A stretch of 64,000 nt of DNA from a virus (IMGVR_UViG_3300038443_000233:1-64000), one strand, 5' to 3'. Shown: positions 9,572 to 19,720, counted from the first letter of the stretch. Notes: a model not told the origin generated them from the sequence alone. A program made the numbers and translations.

Positions 9572-11331
9572 CAGAATTCCTTAGTACCGTTCTTAGCTAG
9601 GTAGTCGTCCTTATCAAACATGGTGTGACTAGCGTTATCGTAAAAATACTCTCCTGCAACGCCCGTCTTGCCGGTCCAGCGAATCTTACTAGCCTTCATG
9701 CGGGTAGTATTTCTTTCAATCTCGTCCTCTGCCTCTTTGTTACGCGTAAAGAGAAGATTGCATGCCCCGGATTTAAAAATGGAAGACGAACCCTGCATAT
9801 CTTCCTCAAACAGATCAGCCCCGGTGGAGTTGGCCTTCTGTCCGCCACCGCTCTTACGAACGTGGTTGACGTTGATGAACGTTACGTCGTGCGACTTCAA
9901 CATGCCCTTCATCCATTTCAGGAAGACAGCTTGCTCTTCGTTCGTCATACCGTCCAGAATGTCCTGCAACGGGTCCAGAATGATGAGTTGACAACCGCAA
10001 GCGATAATCAGCTCTTCGATCTTCGCCTTCATCGACTCAAGGCCGCCATCGCGGTCCTCGATAAGATAGAAGCGATCCGTACCATCCGGCATGAAGTACA
10101 GCTCTTTTTCCTTCTCCCGCACGTAGTCCGAGTCGAGGTATGCCAGTTTGTCCGTTTCGTCTTCGATCAGGTCGATCTTCCGTCCGACGTGTCGGCTCAG
10201 AATCTTCGTACCGTACTGCCCGCTGTCGCTTTCGAGCGTGACGATACCTACTTTGTACGGACTGTTGAAAATCCAGTAGTACGTCATCTCGTCCACGATA
10301 GTAGACTTACCAGTACCAGACGCAGAGCCGAGGTTGATAATGGTCTTGAGCGGGAACCCGCCAGCCATCATCTTTTGCAGCTTGTGCATGAACGGAGGTA
10401 GCGGAATCTTCTTCATCCCTGCTGCTTCACGAATCTTGTCACCCAGTCCACTCGACCCCACGATACCATCCGGCGTGTACGGCTTGGCCTTGAAGTAGTT
10501 GTTGACGAACTCCTTCTCCAGCCCGCTTGTCAGCATAAGATTTGGGTCTTTGCGTGACCACTTGGCGACATACACCTTACCCTTCGGCAGAACCTTCGCG
10601 ATCTTATGCGTAGCTGTCTCCCCGGCAGCGTCATTGTCCATGCCGATGATGATCCTGTCAAACTTGTTGAACCATTCATACTGTGCTTGGATTTGCTTCA
10701 CGCAACCTGTTTCGCCCACGGTAGGCGATACGACCGGGACAGCATCGTAGCCTTTCGACTCTTGGTACTCCGCTAGCATTTGGTAGGCCGACAGTTGATC
10801 TACCTCACCACCAACGATGACGACTACCCTGCCACCATTGGTGAACCTGAATTGCCCCACGAGGTCACAGTCCTTGCCAACAACTCCAACGGGACCGCTG
10901 AAGTCTTTTGGCATTCTTCTGACCTTGTAGCCAACGAGCTTGCCATTAATTGTCGTCGGTACATACTGGGCATCTGGCTCTCCCGTCTCTTCATCATATT
11001 CATATCTGATGCCGAAATACTTGTTTGTTTCATCTTTGATACCCCTCCACCCTTTTGATTTAGTTCCTGTGTAGCCTTTTATGGTTGCGTTCTCTTCATC
11101 TGTAATCGGGTCACGAGTGCTCACTTGTTCATCCTCTTCCTCTTCATAAATCCCTCGTTTAGCCTTCTCTTCGTCGCTCAGTAAAGTCCACCCGCAAGCG
11201 TGGCAGTAGGCTCCATTACCTTCTGAATAAACTTGTAGATTATCCCGTGCAGAATCGCGTCCCTCTCTTGCGCATCTCGGGCACTGCTCGTTATGCGGGT
11301 AACTTAAATCAATGTTCCATTTGTTGCTCAT
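9571..11331 (-). CDS. bifunctional DNA primase/helicase (T7 gp4-like: zinc-ribbon + TOPRIM + DnaB-like helicase)
   Basis: The zinc ribbon is CPRC...CHACGW. A TOPRIM-like segment (VVIVGGEVDQLSAYQ) is followed by the C-terminal Walker A GSASGTGKST. The ORF runs to 11412, but the ATG with a GGAGAGG RBS at ~11331 is the more plausible start. Confidence 0.8.
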   Translation of the reverse strand: MSNKWNIDLSYPHNEQCPRCAREGRDSARDNLQVYSEGNGAYCHACGWTLLSDEEKAKRGIYEEEEDEQVSTRDPITDEENATIKGYTGTKSKGWRGIKDETNKYFGIRYEYDEETGEPDAQYVPTTINGKLVGYKVRRMPKDFSGPVGVVGKDCDLVGQFRFTNGGRVVVIVGGEVDQLSAYQMLAEYQESKGYDAVPVVSPTVGETGCVKQIQAQYEWFNKFDRIIIGMDNDAAGETATHKIAKVLPKGKVYVAKWSRKDPNLMLTSGLEKEFVNNYFKAKPYTPDGIVGSSGLGDKIREAAGMKKIPLPPFMHKLQKMMAGGFPLKTIINLGSASGTGKSTIVDEMTYYWIFNSPYKVGIVTLESDSGQYGTKILSRHVGRKIDLIEDETDKLAYLDSDYVREKEKELYFMPDGTDRFYLIEDRDGGLESMKAKIEELIIACGCQLIILDPLQDILDGMTNEEQAVFLKWMKGMLKSHDVTFINVNHVRKSGGGQKANSTGADLFEEDMQGSSSIFKSGACNLLFTRNKEAEDEIERNTTRMKASKIRWTGKTGVAGEYFYDNASHTMFDKDDYLAKNGTKEF

Positions 11332-11359
11332 TTCCCGTGCCTCTCCATGTATCCCGCAT

Positions 11360-11737
11360 TCACTCCTTCCTTCCGTAGTAGCAATACACTCCCATCGGGT
11401 CTTTTTGCTCAAGCGTCGAGCGTATCCGGCAACGCATAAACTCCAGCGCTTCGGGCTTCACGTACTCGTCAATCCAGAGATGTGAAATCTGGTATCCGGC
11501 ATATTCACGGACATCCCTGTCGGCATGTCGCAACATAACCTTACCACCGTCCTTATGGGTAATCGAACGGCTACGAGCATCGTACGTGAAGCCCGACATC
11601 TTACTCGTTGCGAGGAATTTCCACAAGGCATTCTCGCTTGTAGCCTTACCACACATGATGATCGAGCGAGTGTTAGGACAAGCCTTGGCTTGCACCAAGG
11701 CCCGTTGCCCTATCGTTTTAAGCTGACGGGCCAACAT
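11360..11737 (-). CDS. hypothetical protein
   Basis: 125-aa ORF. It does not overlap the primase gene if the 11331 start is used. Confidence 0.4.
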   Translation of the reverse strand: MLARQLKTIGQRALVQAKACPNTRSIIMCGKATSENALWKFLATSKMSGFTYDARSRSITHKDGGKVMLRHADRDVREYAGYQISHLWIDEYVKPEALEFMRCRIRSTLEQKDPMGVYCYYGRKE

Positions 11738-12755
11738 AGTTCTCGCCCGGAATGAACTTCCGATACTGCCGCCAGCCCTTCAGGTTGCCCGACCACAACT
11801 TACCTTGACGATCCACGTGCGTGATGCCTTCTTCCCATGTGTACGGAACCCACGGATGGTTCTGTTCGTAGTTCGTCGGACGAACACTGCTTGGGTAGTA
11901 GCCCCATTCACGGATCGGCGTAGCACAGTGTTCGAACGCAGAAGCATGCTTTTTCTCGTCACCCACCAGCCGGTCGTACACTTCCAGCGACTTCTCCAGC
12001 CCGTAACCTTCGTTACGATAGCTTACAGCAGCGCAACGTGCACATGATACCTTGATTGCCTCTTCCAGCGTCAGCAATCGGCCCTCTTCCCCGATTTCCT
12101 CGTTCATCTGGTAGCCGATGATCGTGCCGTCTTCCTTTACAGCCTTGCCATAGATGTAAGGCAAGTGCCATTCACCAGCCTGCAACAACTCCGGCGTAGA
12201 AGCCTTACGTGCCTCGTTCATCACACGGGCCAGTTCCGCCAGAGTCGGATCAGCAGCTTCATGGTCGCGGAGCCAGAAGAAGTTCTCCAGCTCAGTACCA
12301 CTCAGCACCGTCTTCATCATCTGGAACGGCTCAAGTAGGCGATTGTACACTTGCTTGTGGTAGCCAGCCTTATTGAACTGATCTGCGAAGTAGATGGCGT
12401 GTTCCTTCGCTTCGTCCCAAGCTTCTTCAGGCGTCCACAGCGGGGAACCAGAGTTACCATCGTACTCCACAGGCCAGCCCAGAACGCCAGCGTTGAAGTC
12501 TTCACCTTTGTCCTGCATACCACTCTGGTTTGCACCGAAACGGAACGGACGGCCCAGCAGTTGCTTGAGCATCTTCAGGAACGGTACAGCACGTGAGCTG
12601 AAGCTGTTCTTCGACAGCATCCGGTGCGTGTTCAGCTCCGCCAACACCAGACGCGGGTATTCGATTTCGAACGTCAGGAACCGGACGCCCGCCTTGCTGA
12701 TCGAGTCAGCGAGGATGGTAGCCTTGATTCCGTACTTACCTTCGATTGTTACCAT
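11718..12755 (-). CDS. thyX: flavin-dependent thymidylate synthase ThyX
   Basis: It contains the ThyX signature RHR.....S (here THRMLSKNSFSSRA). The likely start is MVTIEGK. Confidence 0.75.
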   Translation of the reverse strand: MVTIEGKYGIKATILADSISKAGVRFLTFEIEYPRLVLAELNTHRMLSKNSFSSRAVPFLKMLKQLLGRPFRFGANQSGMQDKGEDFNAGVLGWPVEYDGNSGSPLWTPEEAWDEAKEHAIYFADQFNKAGYHKQVYNRLLEPFQMMKTVLSGTELENFFWLRDHEAADPTLAELARVMNEARKASTPELLQAGEWHLPYIYGKAVKEDGTIIGYQMNEEIGEEGRLLTLEEAIKVSCARCAAVSYRNEGYGLEKSLEVYDRLVGDEKKHASAFEHCATPIREWGYYPSSVRPTNYEQNHPWVPYTWEEGITHVDRQGKLWSGNLKGWRQYRKFIPGENYVGPSA

Positions 12756-13072
12756 CACTCCCCCAGAATGTCGATGATACGCTTGAGCTGGTCCGAACTC
12801 AGCAGCTTGCCGACACGGATAGTAGTTTCCACGTCGGTAACGTCGATGATGAAGTTCTTCAGTGGTGCTTCCTCTTCCACTACTTCGAAGTCGCCATCGG
12901 TCCACCCGCCGTGCGCTGTGCTAGACTTGCTCTTGGACACAGCCGTGAACTTCGTTGGATCACTGTACATGGGTTTGAACGTGTTAGGGACTGAGTAGAC
13001 GATATCCCCGACTACGAAGTCGTCGCCAAGGTCGTTAATCACGCGAAGTTTTGTACCGATTGGATGGGTCAT
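12755..13072 (-). CDS. hypothetical protein
   Basis: The start MTHPIGTKL is preceded by an RBS. A minus-strand promoter TTGCAA-17-TAGAAT lies at ~13218-13246. Confidence 0.45.
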   Translation of the reverse strand: MTHPIGTKLRVINDLGDDFVVGDIVYSVPNTFKPMYSDPTKFTAVSKSKSSTAHGGWTDGDFEVVEEEAPLKNFIIDVTDVETTIRVGKLLSSDQLKRIIDILGE

Positions 13073-13530
13073 TTGTGTTTCTCCTTTGGTTTTCGGGGCA
13101 TGTAAAAAGCATGCTTTCCGATGGTTAGAATTCGTTTCATCTTGTGTGCCCACGTTGGGTGCACTTTGTTGCTATGAAAGTACGTAGCGTTACTTGCGAC
13201 AGGTGCTATTCTACGTACTTTCGACAAGCGTTGCAACATTTCTTCGGTCGCTGTCAACCTCATGCCACGATGGTAGCCTGAGAACTGGTAAGGTTCCTTA
13301 ACTACCTCGCACGCCGTAAGGCGTCGAATTTCCATCCGGTGCTTGACGACATCATACACGGCTCGTTGGCCCCGTAGCGGCTCACCACGGGCTTCGTCAT
13401 CGATAACCCATGCCATGCAGATGTCGTCTCGTGTGATGGCTGGGGCCATCGGGATGTGCGGCGGGGTTGCCAGCGTGTTCGTAACCAGTGATGTACATAG
13501 CACTACCACACTAAGCAACCGTCTTATCAT
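13069..13530 (-). CDS. SleB/CwlJ-like cell-wall hydrolase with N-terminal signal peptide (candidate endolysin)
   Basis: MIRRLLSVVVLCTSLVTNTLA reads as a signal peptide. The motif EARGEPLRGQRAVYDVV is typical of the Hydrolase_2 (SleB) family. Confidence 0.55.
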   Translation of the reverse strand: MIRRLLSVVVLCTSLVTNTLATPPHIPMAPAITRDDICMAWVIDDEARGEPLRGQRAVYDVVKHRMEIRRLTACEVVKEPYQFSGYHRGMRLTATEEMLQRLSKVRRIAPVASNATYFHSNKVHPTWAHKMKRILTIGKHAFYMPRKPKEKHK

Positions 13531-14117
13531 TTCCCATGCCTTTCTGTATAGCCTGCACCTTCGGAATTCAAGTAGCTTACCACAGCACTGCGGTAGAAGC
13601 AAGCTGCGGAAAACGCTGGCAGCAAGCCGTACTTATCGACGCTGAAATACTTCGTGCGCCTTTTACCTTCACCGACATCATTCCACTGTACCTTGGCATA
13701 AGTGTTTCCTGCCTTGTTCACATGAAATCCGACTCCAGTTTTACCGGACGAGTTGTTCTCGTACATAGCCTTGTTACGGCTGTTCTCTATCGTACCTACT
13801 AGCCTCAAATTGGACGCCCGATTGTTACTTCGGTCGCCGTCTTCGTGGTCAACTTCGTCGTCCGTACCAAGCTCCACTTTGTTCACGATTGCATAGACAA
13901 TCCTGTGGCACTTCAGTTGGACACCTTTGTGCCTCGTGATCCAGCAGCCGGTTGCGTCGTGAAAGTGCCCTACAGCGTCTCCTGCTTTATTGACAACTGT
14001 TGTGTGCTTTCGCCCACGAGGTTTGTCCTTCCGCAGTCGGAGGCAACTTTCACTCGTCTCGTCATAATAAAAGGCAGCACTGAGTTCAGCAAGTGAAAAT
14101 TCAGTGCCCGCTCGCAT
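13527..14117 (-). CDS. HNH homing endonuclease with AP2 DNA-binding domain
   Basis: The HNH motif is CHRIVYAIVNKVELGTDDEVDHEDGDRSNNRASNL. The C-terminus is AP2-like (GVGFHVNKAGNTYAKVQW). Confidence 0.7.
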   Translation of the reverse strand: MRAGTEFSLAELSAAFYYDETSESCLRLRKDKPRGRKHTTVVNKAGDAVGHFHDATGCWITRHKGVQLKCHRIVYAIVNKVELGTDDEVDHEDGDRSNNRASNLRLVGTIENSRNKAMYENNSSGKTGVGFHVNKAGNTYAKVQWNDVGEGKRRTKYFSVDKYGLLPAFSAACFYRSAVVSYLNSEGAGYTERHGK

Positions 14118-15283
14118 TACGCCTTCTCTTTCAGAAGAAGGTAGTGGTTGCTAATACACTTGAAGCTGAAGTCCTTGTCGCATGCCTTGAACACGACGCC
14201 TTCACGCATCACACCCGGATTATCGCCTTCACCCGATGCGTATGTCAAGAGCTTTTGCACAGGGTCTTCGCCTTCCTTCAGTTGCAGGATGTTTCGCAGC
14301 GTACCCTTATCTACCACAGTAGCGTGGTTGATATCGTTCGAGATAGCGTACGACGTGCGTTCCCACGGCAGCATGTACTCTTGCATGTCGATCTTGAAGA
14401 TGTCAAACAGGTGGAATTCAACGCCCTTCACCTTCTCGTAGTTGCCTTGGATGTCCGGAGCAACCAGCTCGCCTTGCAGAGCGATGGAGCCTTCGCACAG
14501 GATGTCCAGATTGTCGTTCAGCTTCTCGATGAGAGGCTTAGCAGCCGTGTGGAAATTCGACGTACCGTCGAGCGGCAGCAGCACGTTACGCGAGCACAGG
14601 CCAAACACCGGCTGAGGTTTCTTGCGCAGCACGAAGTTCTTAATGCGAGTGAACAGCGAGTCCTTGCCATGCACCAGTGCCTTCGCATCTTCGTAGTATT
14701 CGCTACCCGGTACGATACGGAACACCGTCAGGCTGGAACCGTCCTTCTTCACTGTCACTTCGAAGATGGTGTCGAGGTTCTGTTCGATCATGTGCCCGTA
14801 GTTCTGTGCACGCTCTTGGTCCGTCTTCTTGATGAAGTACGGGAACGAGCGTGTCTTCGACGGCATCTGGCCGTTGTTGTTCGAAGTTCTCTCTTCCGGG
14901 GCTTCCCACTTCTGGACGCCCAGAGCCTCGGTCACGTCCATACCCGCGCTTTCAGGGCGAATGTCCTCGAAGTACGGTACGACAGCCAGCGGTAGCAGCA
15001 GACCTTGCGACAGCGTTTTGCGCAACTTGATCGTCTTCAGACGCTCGCCCTTCACGCCGTTGTATTCCTTCGGCTCGTATCCTTCTTTCGTCAGGAACGG
15101 AGCGATGGTGTTCGGCACCCACGAATCGATTTCGAAGTAGACGGCCAACTCACCTTCCTTGAATTCGCCCTTCTTCACGACGACTTGCCAGCCATCGACC
15201 ATTGCAACCTCGATCTTGTCCGCACCAGCAATGGGCATGATTTGTTTGATACGGCGGATGGTTGCCAGTTTACGTTCAGTCAT
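14117..15283 (-). CDS. ATP-dependent RNA ligase, Rnl1 (T4 RnlA)-like
   Basis: Nucleotidyltransferase motif I is KKDGSSL, similar to Rnl1 KEDGSL. Motif IV EGVVFK and a lysine-rich motif V are present. Confidence 0.5.
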   Translation of the reverse strand: MTERKLATIRRIKQIMPIAGADKIEVAMVDGWQVVVKKGEFKEGELAVYFEIDSWVPNTIAPFLTKEGYEPKEYNGVKGERLKTIKLRKTLSQGLLLPLAVVPYFEDIRPESAGMDVTEALGVQKWEAPEERTSNNNGQMPSKTRSFPYFIKKTDQERAQNYGHMIEQNLDTIFEVTVKKDGSSLTVFRIVPGSEYYEDAKALVHGKDSLFTRIKNFVLRKKPQPVFGLCSRNVLLPLDGTSNFHTAAKPLIEKLNDNLDILCEGSIALQGELVAPDIQGNYEKVKGVEFHLFDIFKIDMQEYMLPWERTSYAISNDINHATVVDKGTLRNILQLKEGEDPVQKLLTYASGEGDNPGVMREGVVFKACDKDFSFKCISNHYLLLKEKA

Positions 15284-15318
15284 TGTTATTCTCCTTAGTT
15301 AGTTGGTTGTGTTACGTA

Positions 15319-15729
15319 TTATTGCTCGACGCCGTTTGCGTAGATTACCAAAACGTCCTCTTGCTTGACGTATTCAGCAACCGTCTTGTAGGACTTCCAC
15401 GAGCGCCGGGTGTCCGGTTCATCGATGTACGTGCCATTTACCCATTTGCAGCTTCGGTCGTAGCCGCTAGCCTCTTCCAGCGTAGGCGATTCGCTGATGC
15501 TGTAGTCGTTGCCGCAGCAATTGCAGGTAACGTTATGTGGATCGCGCCCAAAACGCTCTTCGAAGATCGCCACTGCGGCATCTTCCGGTGCTTCAATGTA
15601 GATGTACTGCTTGCCCACACCGTTAATGTCGATCTTGCAGCTTCCGCCGCTGTGCATGTCCATGAAACGGGTGAACGGGATACGCGGCTCTTGGATTTCG
15701 GTAGACATTGTTCGCTCCTTATTCGTCAA
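15319..15729 (-). CDS. hypothetical protein
   Basis: 136-aa ORF with an RBS, in an operon with the ligases. Confidence 0.45.
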   Translation of the reverse strand: MTNKERTMSTEIQEPRIPFTRFMDMHSGGSCKIDINGVGKQYIYIEAPEDAAVAIFEERFGRDPHNVTCNCCGNDYSISESPTLEEASGYDRSCKWVNGTYIDEPDTRRSWKSYKTVAEYVKQEDVLVIYANGVEQ

Positions 15730-16267
15730 ATTGGCCTTCGACCAGATTCACTTTGATGCAGGCCACACGGTCACTGCACATCCCGCTGTCAGCCTCAGCA
15801 CGGGAGTTCCATGAACCTGCACACAAGGTATCTCCGTCTTTGTAAACGTTAAGGTACACGGTCTTCTCCAACGGTTTCGGCGGAACGTTACGAAGGTCAC
15901 GGTAGTCCGGACGAGACATGTAATACTTACCCTCAGCGGTCCAGCTCAGCATATCTTCACTGTCATCGATGTAACCACGGAGCGGGAAATCGCCGCGTGC
16001 GTCCGTCAGAACGAGTGTTACCGGGCGGCCGTCTTGGGTTTCCACTGGCTTCGACAGGTCGAGCGTAGCCTTCGCCGCCTCGCGCAGCTTGAACCGCTCT
16101 GGGAACAGTCCTTGGATGCATCCGTTATCACCGATAACGTTCACGTTGGTATCGGTTACTTGGTCGTTTGCGACGGTGTACGTCTTATCCAACGTCACGT
16201 TGTTCGGAGACGAGCAGCCCATCACGTCCACGTTGATGCAAACCACTTTATCGCCTTTTTTAAACAT
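15719..16267 (-). CDS. hypothetical protein
   Basis: 182-aa ORF. A minus-strand promoter TTGACA-17-TAAGAT lies at ~16301-16329, followed by the conserved leader. Confidence 0.5.
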   Translation of the reverse strand: MFKKGDKVVCINVDVMGCSSPNNVTLDKTYTVANDQVTDTNVNVIGDNGCIQGLFPERFKLREAAKATLDLSKPVETQDGRPVTLVLTDARGDFPLRGYIDDSEDMLSWTAEGKYYMSRPDYRDLRNVPPKPLEKTVYLNVYKDGDTLCAGSWNSRAEADSGMCSDRVACIKVNLVEGQFDE

Positions 16268-16300
16268 TATTTTCTCCTTGGTTGGTTTGTAGGAAGCGTT

Positions 16301-16329
16301 ATCTTACTTCCTACTGTTTCGTTTGTCAA
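16301..16329 (-). promoter_or_regulatory. promoter TTGACA-17-TAAGAT
   Basis: It lies upstream of the gene at 15719..16267. Confidence 0.55.
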
Positions 16330-16353
16330 GCGATACTACGAAAAAGCATGCTT

Positions 16354-17733
16354 TTATCCCTGCTTCGCAGCTTCCAGTTGTGCGTAGATGCGGTCTGCCT
16401 TATCAGCGCCCAGTGATTGCTTGTCCGCACGGATTTCCACGAAGATCGGCAGCGATAGCGAAGGCTTCTTACGGTCATCACGAGCTTGCGTGATGTCGTT
16501 CGCTTCCACCGTCACCACAGCATTACCGATCAGTTCCGGGTAATCCCAGTACTGTTTCCGCTGTGCATCCGAGAACCCGGAGCCGCACGCACATTCGATC
16601 AGACCGTCTTCGGACTGGATGTAGATGCCGCCCAGCATACCAGCAGCCTTGCCTTCACCTTCATACACACCAGTGACACGCATCTCCACTTGGAACTTGA
16701 TCTTCAGCTTCACCATGTCCTTAGCAGTACCATCCTTCCACAGCGATGCCGGGTCTTTGATGATACAACCTTCGAGGCCACGTTGCAAGTGCTCTTGGTA
16801 GATAGCGAACGCTTCTTCCAACGAGCTGACGATTTCCGTGAAGATGATCGTGACCTGCTTGTTCTCCAGCTTGTCCGCTTCATAGCGCAGCCCGTCCAGA
16901 CGCTCTTCGTACGGACGGTTCGACTTCCCGTCTTCGAATTCCTGCTGCGTCAGCAAGTCCCACGCTTCCATACGAACGGAATACTTCGACAGGTCGAACT
17001 TCTCTCCGTCCTTCAGGGCCGAATTCAGCAGGCCGTTGGCCGTCTTGCGGTCGAGATGGTACGTGGTATCCCCATTACCTTCAACGAATTGCGTCTCGTC
17101 CACCAGAAGTTCACCGACCAGCACCTTACCCGGAGCCAGTCCGTAGGCCAGCTTTTCAGCAAACCATTGCGGGTATTTCGAGCCCTGACGCGTGATTACA
17201 TCTACGGAGCCGTCGAGACGTTTGACGACGTACGCGAACGAACCATCTGCCTTGGTCTGGACGTAGAAGCGCTTCAGCTTACCGAAACGTTCACGAGCCT
17301 TCGCATCCAGCAGCGAGCAACGTTGGTACGGAACCGTGAAGAACAGTCCGGGCCACGTTTTAAGAGCCATTGTCTCGCCTACGTTCGTCTTCCCCAGCTT
17401 ACGGCTAACCATCATGGCAAGCAAATCCCGACCTTCCGCGTTCAACGCTGCTGCGTGTCCAGCAAGACGATTACTTGCTTCGCTTCCAGTGAATACGCGA
17501 TTCGACAGATGCTCCATGAAGCGAAGGTCCGCTACGCCGAATTCTGTCGTGCCCTGATGCAGTTTTTCGTAACCTTTCGGCAGCTTCGACTGGTAGTAGT
17601 TGATAGCAGGATCGAGCGTGGCTCTCACGAACTCTTTCAGCAGTTCGTTGCCCTTATGACTGTCAAGGATGGCTTGTTTTTCCAGCGTACCGCTTGCGTC
17701 ACCTAGTTGTTTGATGATGTCATGCAGTTTCAT
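16354..17733 (-). CDS. ATP-dependent DNA ligase
   Basis: Motif I is KADGSF, motif IV is EGCIIK and motif V is MVKLKIK. The start MKLHDII follows the conserved leader. A promoter (TTGACA-17-GAGAAT) lies at ~17768-17796. Confidence 0.8.
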   Translation of the reverse strand: MKLHDIIKQLGDASGTLEKQAILDSHKGNELLKEFVRATLDPAINYYQSKLPKGYEKLHQGTTEFGVADLRFMEHLSNRVFTGSEASNRLAGHAAALNAEGRDLLAMMVSRKLGKTNVGETMALKTWPGLFFTVPYQRCSLLDAKARERFGKLKRFYVQTKADGSFAYVVKRLDGSVDVITRQGSKYPQWFAEKLAYGLAPGKVLVGELLVDETQFVEGNGDTTYHLDRKTANGLLNSALKDGEKFDLSKYSVRMEAWDLLTQQEFEDGKSNRPYEERLDGLRYEADKLENKQVTIIFTEIVSSLEEAFAIYQEHLQRGLEGCIIKDPASLWKDGTAKDMVKLKIKFQVEMRVTGVYEGEGKAAGMLGGIYIQSEDGLIECACGSGFSDAQRKQYWDYPELIGNAVVTVEANDITQARDDRKKPSLSLPIFVEIRADKQSLGADKADRIYAQLEAAKQG

Positions 17734-17829
17734 ATTGTTCTCTCCTTGGTTGGTTGGTGTGATTCGCATTCTCCACGAAAAATTTTTCCGTGTCAAGCAG
17801 GTAGTGCTACTTATTTTCGCTCCCGGACA

Positions 17830-17904
17830 TTTCTCGGATTTGCTTTTGGAAATCAAAAGTCAGATTTTCAAGCCGGGATGGGGAAATTTTCACTTCTTTC
17901 TTAT
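17830..17904. repeat. direct repeat copy 1 (~75 bp) containing hairpin cttttgGaaatcaaaag
   Basis: ~88% identical to the copy at ~21794-21868. Confidence 0.8.
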
Positions 17905-18568
17905 ATAGGCAGCTCTGCCAACATACAGAACACCCTACTATGTTGCTTACCGTCGCCAAATCTTTAGGTAAAGCAACTCCCTTCCCTATGATTGTTTCTC
18001 ATAAGAAATGTTGCATACTATGTTGTGTTTTTACTACGTTTTCTCTATATTCCCTCCGTTTAGGCAAAGCAGCAGCTAGGAAACCTTACATTTCCTAGCT
18101 TTTGCACAACTTTTAAGCAGAAAATCAGCGTTTCAGAGAGCGGGTAATCTTCCACCCACTTCTCATTTTACACGTTTCCGTTCAGTTCTGCATGCCTTGT
18201 AATTAAAAATACTGTATGCATGAACAGCACTACGTACATACCATGTCACAAAGTTGTAATATATTTACGTAACAATCTACGTAACACTAGCTTCTTTCCT
18301 ACGTAACTTATTGATTTGTAGGAACACACCTACGTACGTAAGGTAGATAGGACGGAAGAATTGTCACAAGGGAAGGTGTATAAAATTTATTTCAAACATG
18401 TTGTACCTTCACAACATTGTTAGCAAATATTTATCAAAAGAGTGCGTACGCTTGAGATAACCACTTGCATTCTTCTTCCCTACGTATAAACTTTAGTTGT
18501 CCGCTGCAATGCAGCACGAGACAGAGTTAAACCTTGTGTTCACTTTCTTTCTATATAGGAGTTACATC

Positions 18569-19444
18569 ATGGCTACCGACATCCTCTGCCGCTTTGATCC
18601 AGCTCAACAAACCCCGGTTGTTTTCCTGCGCGACAGCATCAACGGTAACAAGATTCAAGTGTGGAAAGGCACTGGCAAACCGGAATATATGCCGCTGGAC
18701 TACTACAAGATGACTTCCCCGCTGTCCGCTGATGACGAGCGTGTTCTGATGGAACGCTTCAAACAAGCTACTGGCAAGCAGGATCAGGTAATTCGTATCA
18801 CGCACCGTATGCCGCGTACGTCTCGTCCGCTTCCTAACATGCTGGCTCCGCAATCGGCTCCGTCTAGCGTTGTGAGCGAGGATAAGCAACCTCTGGCAAC
18901 GCAGCGTAAGAGCACTGCCAAGCCAATCGATGCACAAAACGCCCCTAACGTCCCTACAGGCGATTTGCCAAAAGAGGGCGAGGTTCCAGCCCCAATGCCC
19001 GCCGCAACGGCTCCTACGCCCGTTCCTGTCGATCCTAACGAGCCTCCTAGCGCTGCGATGTTCCGCCGTATCAAGGAACTGAACGCACGCATGGCAGAAC
19101 TGTCGGCCACGATCCAGAACGCTACCACGGATTACGAAGCAGCGAAACAGGCATGTAAAGAATTGACGGCAGAATTTGAACAGCAGATCGAACGCGAGTC
19201 GCAAGAAGAGTTGCGCAAGCGTAAGGAAATGCTGGCACAGGTGACGGGCCTGTCCGATCCGCTCGCCACGGCTGCACAGGCGTTGCACGACTCGGCAACG
19301 AAGCCAGCCGAACAACCAGCCGACCCTGCACTGGCAGAGCCTCCGAAGGATGAGCCAAAGGCGGACGCCCCGGCCGCTTCGAAACCTCGTGCAACAGGGC
19401 AAGCCCGTCGTGCCCCCGCACCAGCCGGTAAGGCCAAGAAATAA
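18569..19444 (+). CDS. hypothetical protein with Pro/Ala-rich linker, coiled coil and basic tail
   Basis: ORF 18497..19444. The likely start MATDILC follows 'aggag'. Confidence 0.5.
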   Translation: MATDILCRFDPAQQTPVVFLRDSINGNKIQVWKGTGKPEYMPLDYYKMTSPLSADDERVLMERFKQATGKQDQVIRITHRMPRTSRPLPNMLAPQSAPSSVVSEDKQPLATQRKSTAKPIDAQNAPNVPTGDLPKEGEVPAPMPAATAPTPVPVDPNEPPSAAMFRRIKELNARMAELSATIQNATTDYEAAKQACKELTAEFEQQIERESQEELRKRKEMLAQVTGLSDPLATAAQALHDSATKPAEQPADPALAEPPKDEPKADAPAASKPRATGQARRAPAPAGKAKK

Positions 19445-19654
19445 CCTAGCTGTTGTGCGGGACAGGAAAACGTGGTAGAGTTTGACCTCCATCAACTCCT
19501 GTCCCAAACGACGTGCTATGAAAACGTTTTTCGACGTCCCCGCCATCTGGCGTGCTGTGAACCGTCCTACTCCCGCGTGGTATCGTCTCAACGTCAGCAT
19601 CGGCCTGTCCGTGTGGCGTCCTCGCAACATCCTCCGCACTCTTTGATTTTTGCA

Positions 19655-19690
19655 CAAACCCCTTGACGGGTTTTCTTTTTGTCGCTACCA
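19655..19690 (+). terminator. hairpin AACCCcttgacGGGTT + T-run, overlapping a TTGACG-17-TACCAT promoter
   Basis: The stem-loop is followed by ttcttttt. Confidence 0.4.
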
Positions 19691-19720
19691 TACGTAGCAC
19701 TACTTAACGACGAGGTAAAT

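Noticed and set aside
9625-10401. 258-aa plus-strand ORF inside the primase-helicase gene. Similar antisense ORFs lie at 6190..7032, 14093..14995, 16486..17706, 18551..19657, 37373..38089 and 56750..57391
   Set aside because: All are antisense to genes with clear catalytic motifs or structural context, so they were treated as reading-frame shadows.
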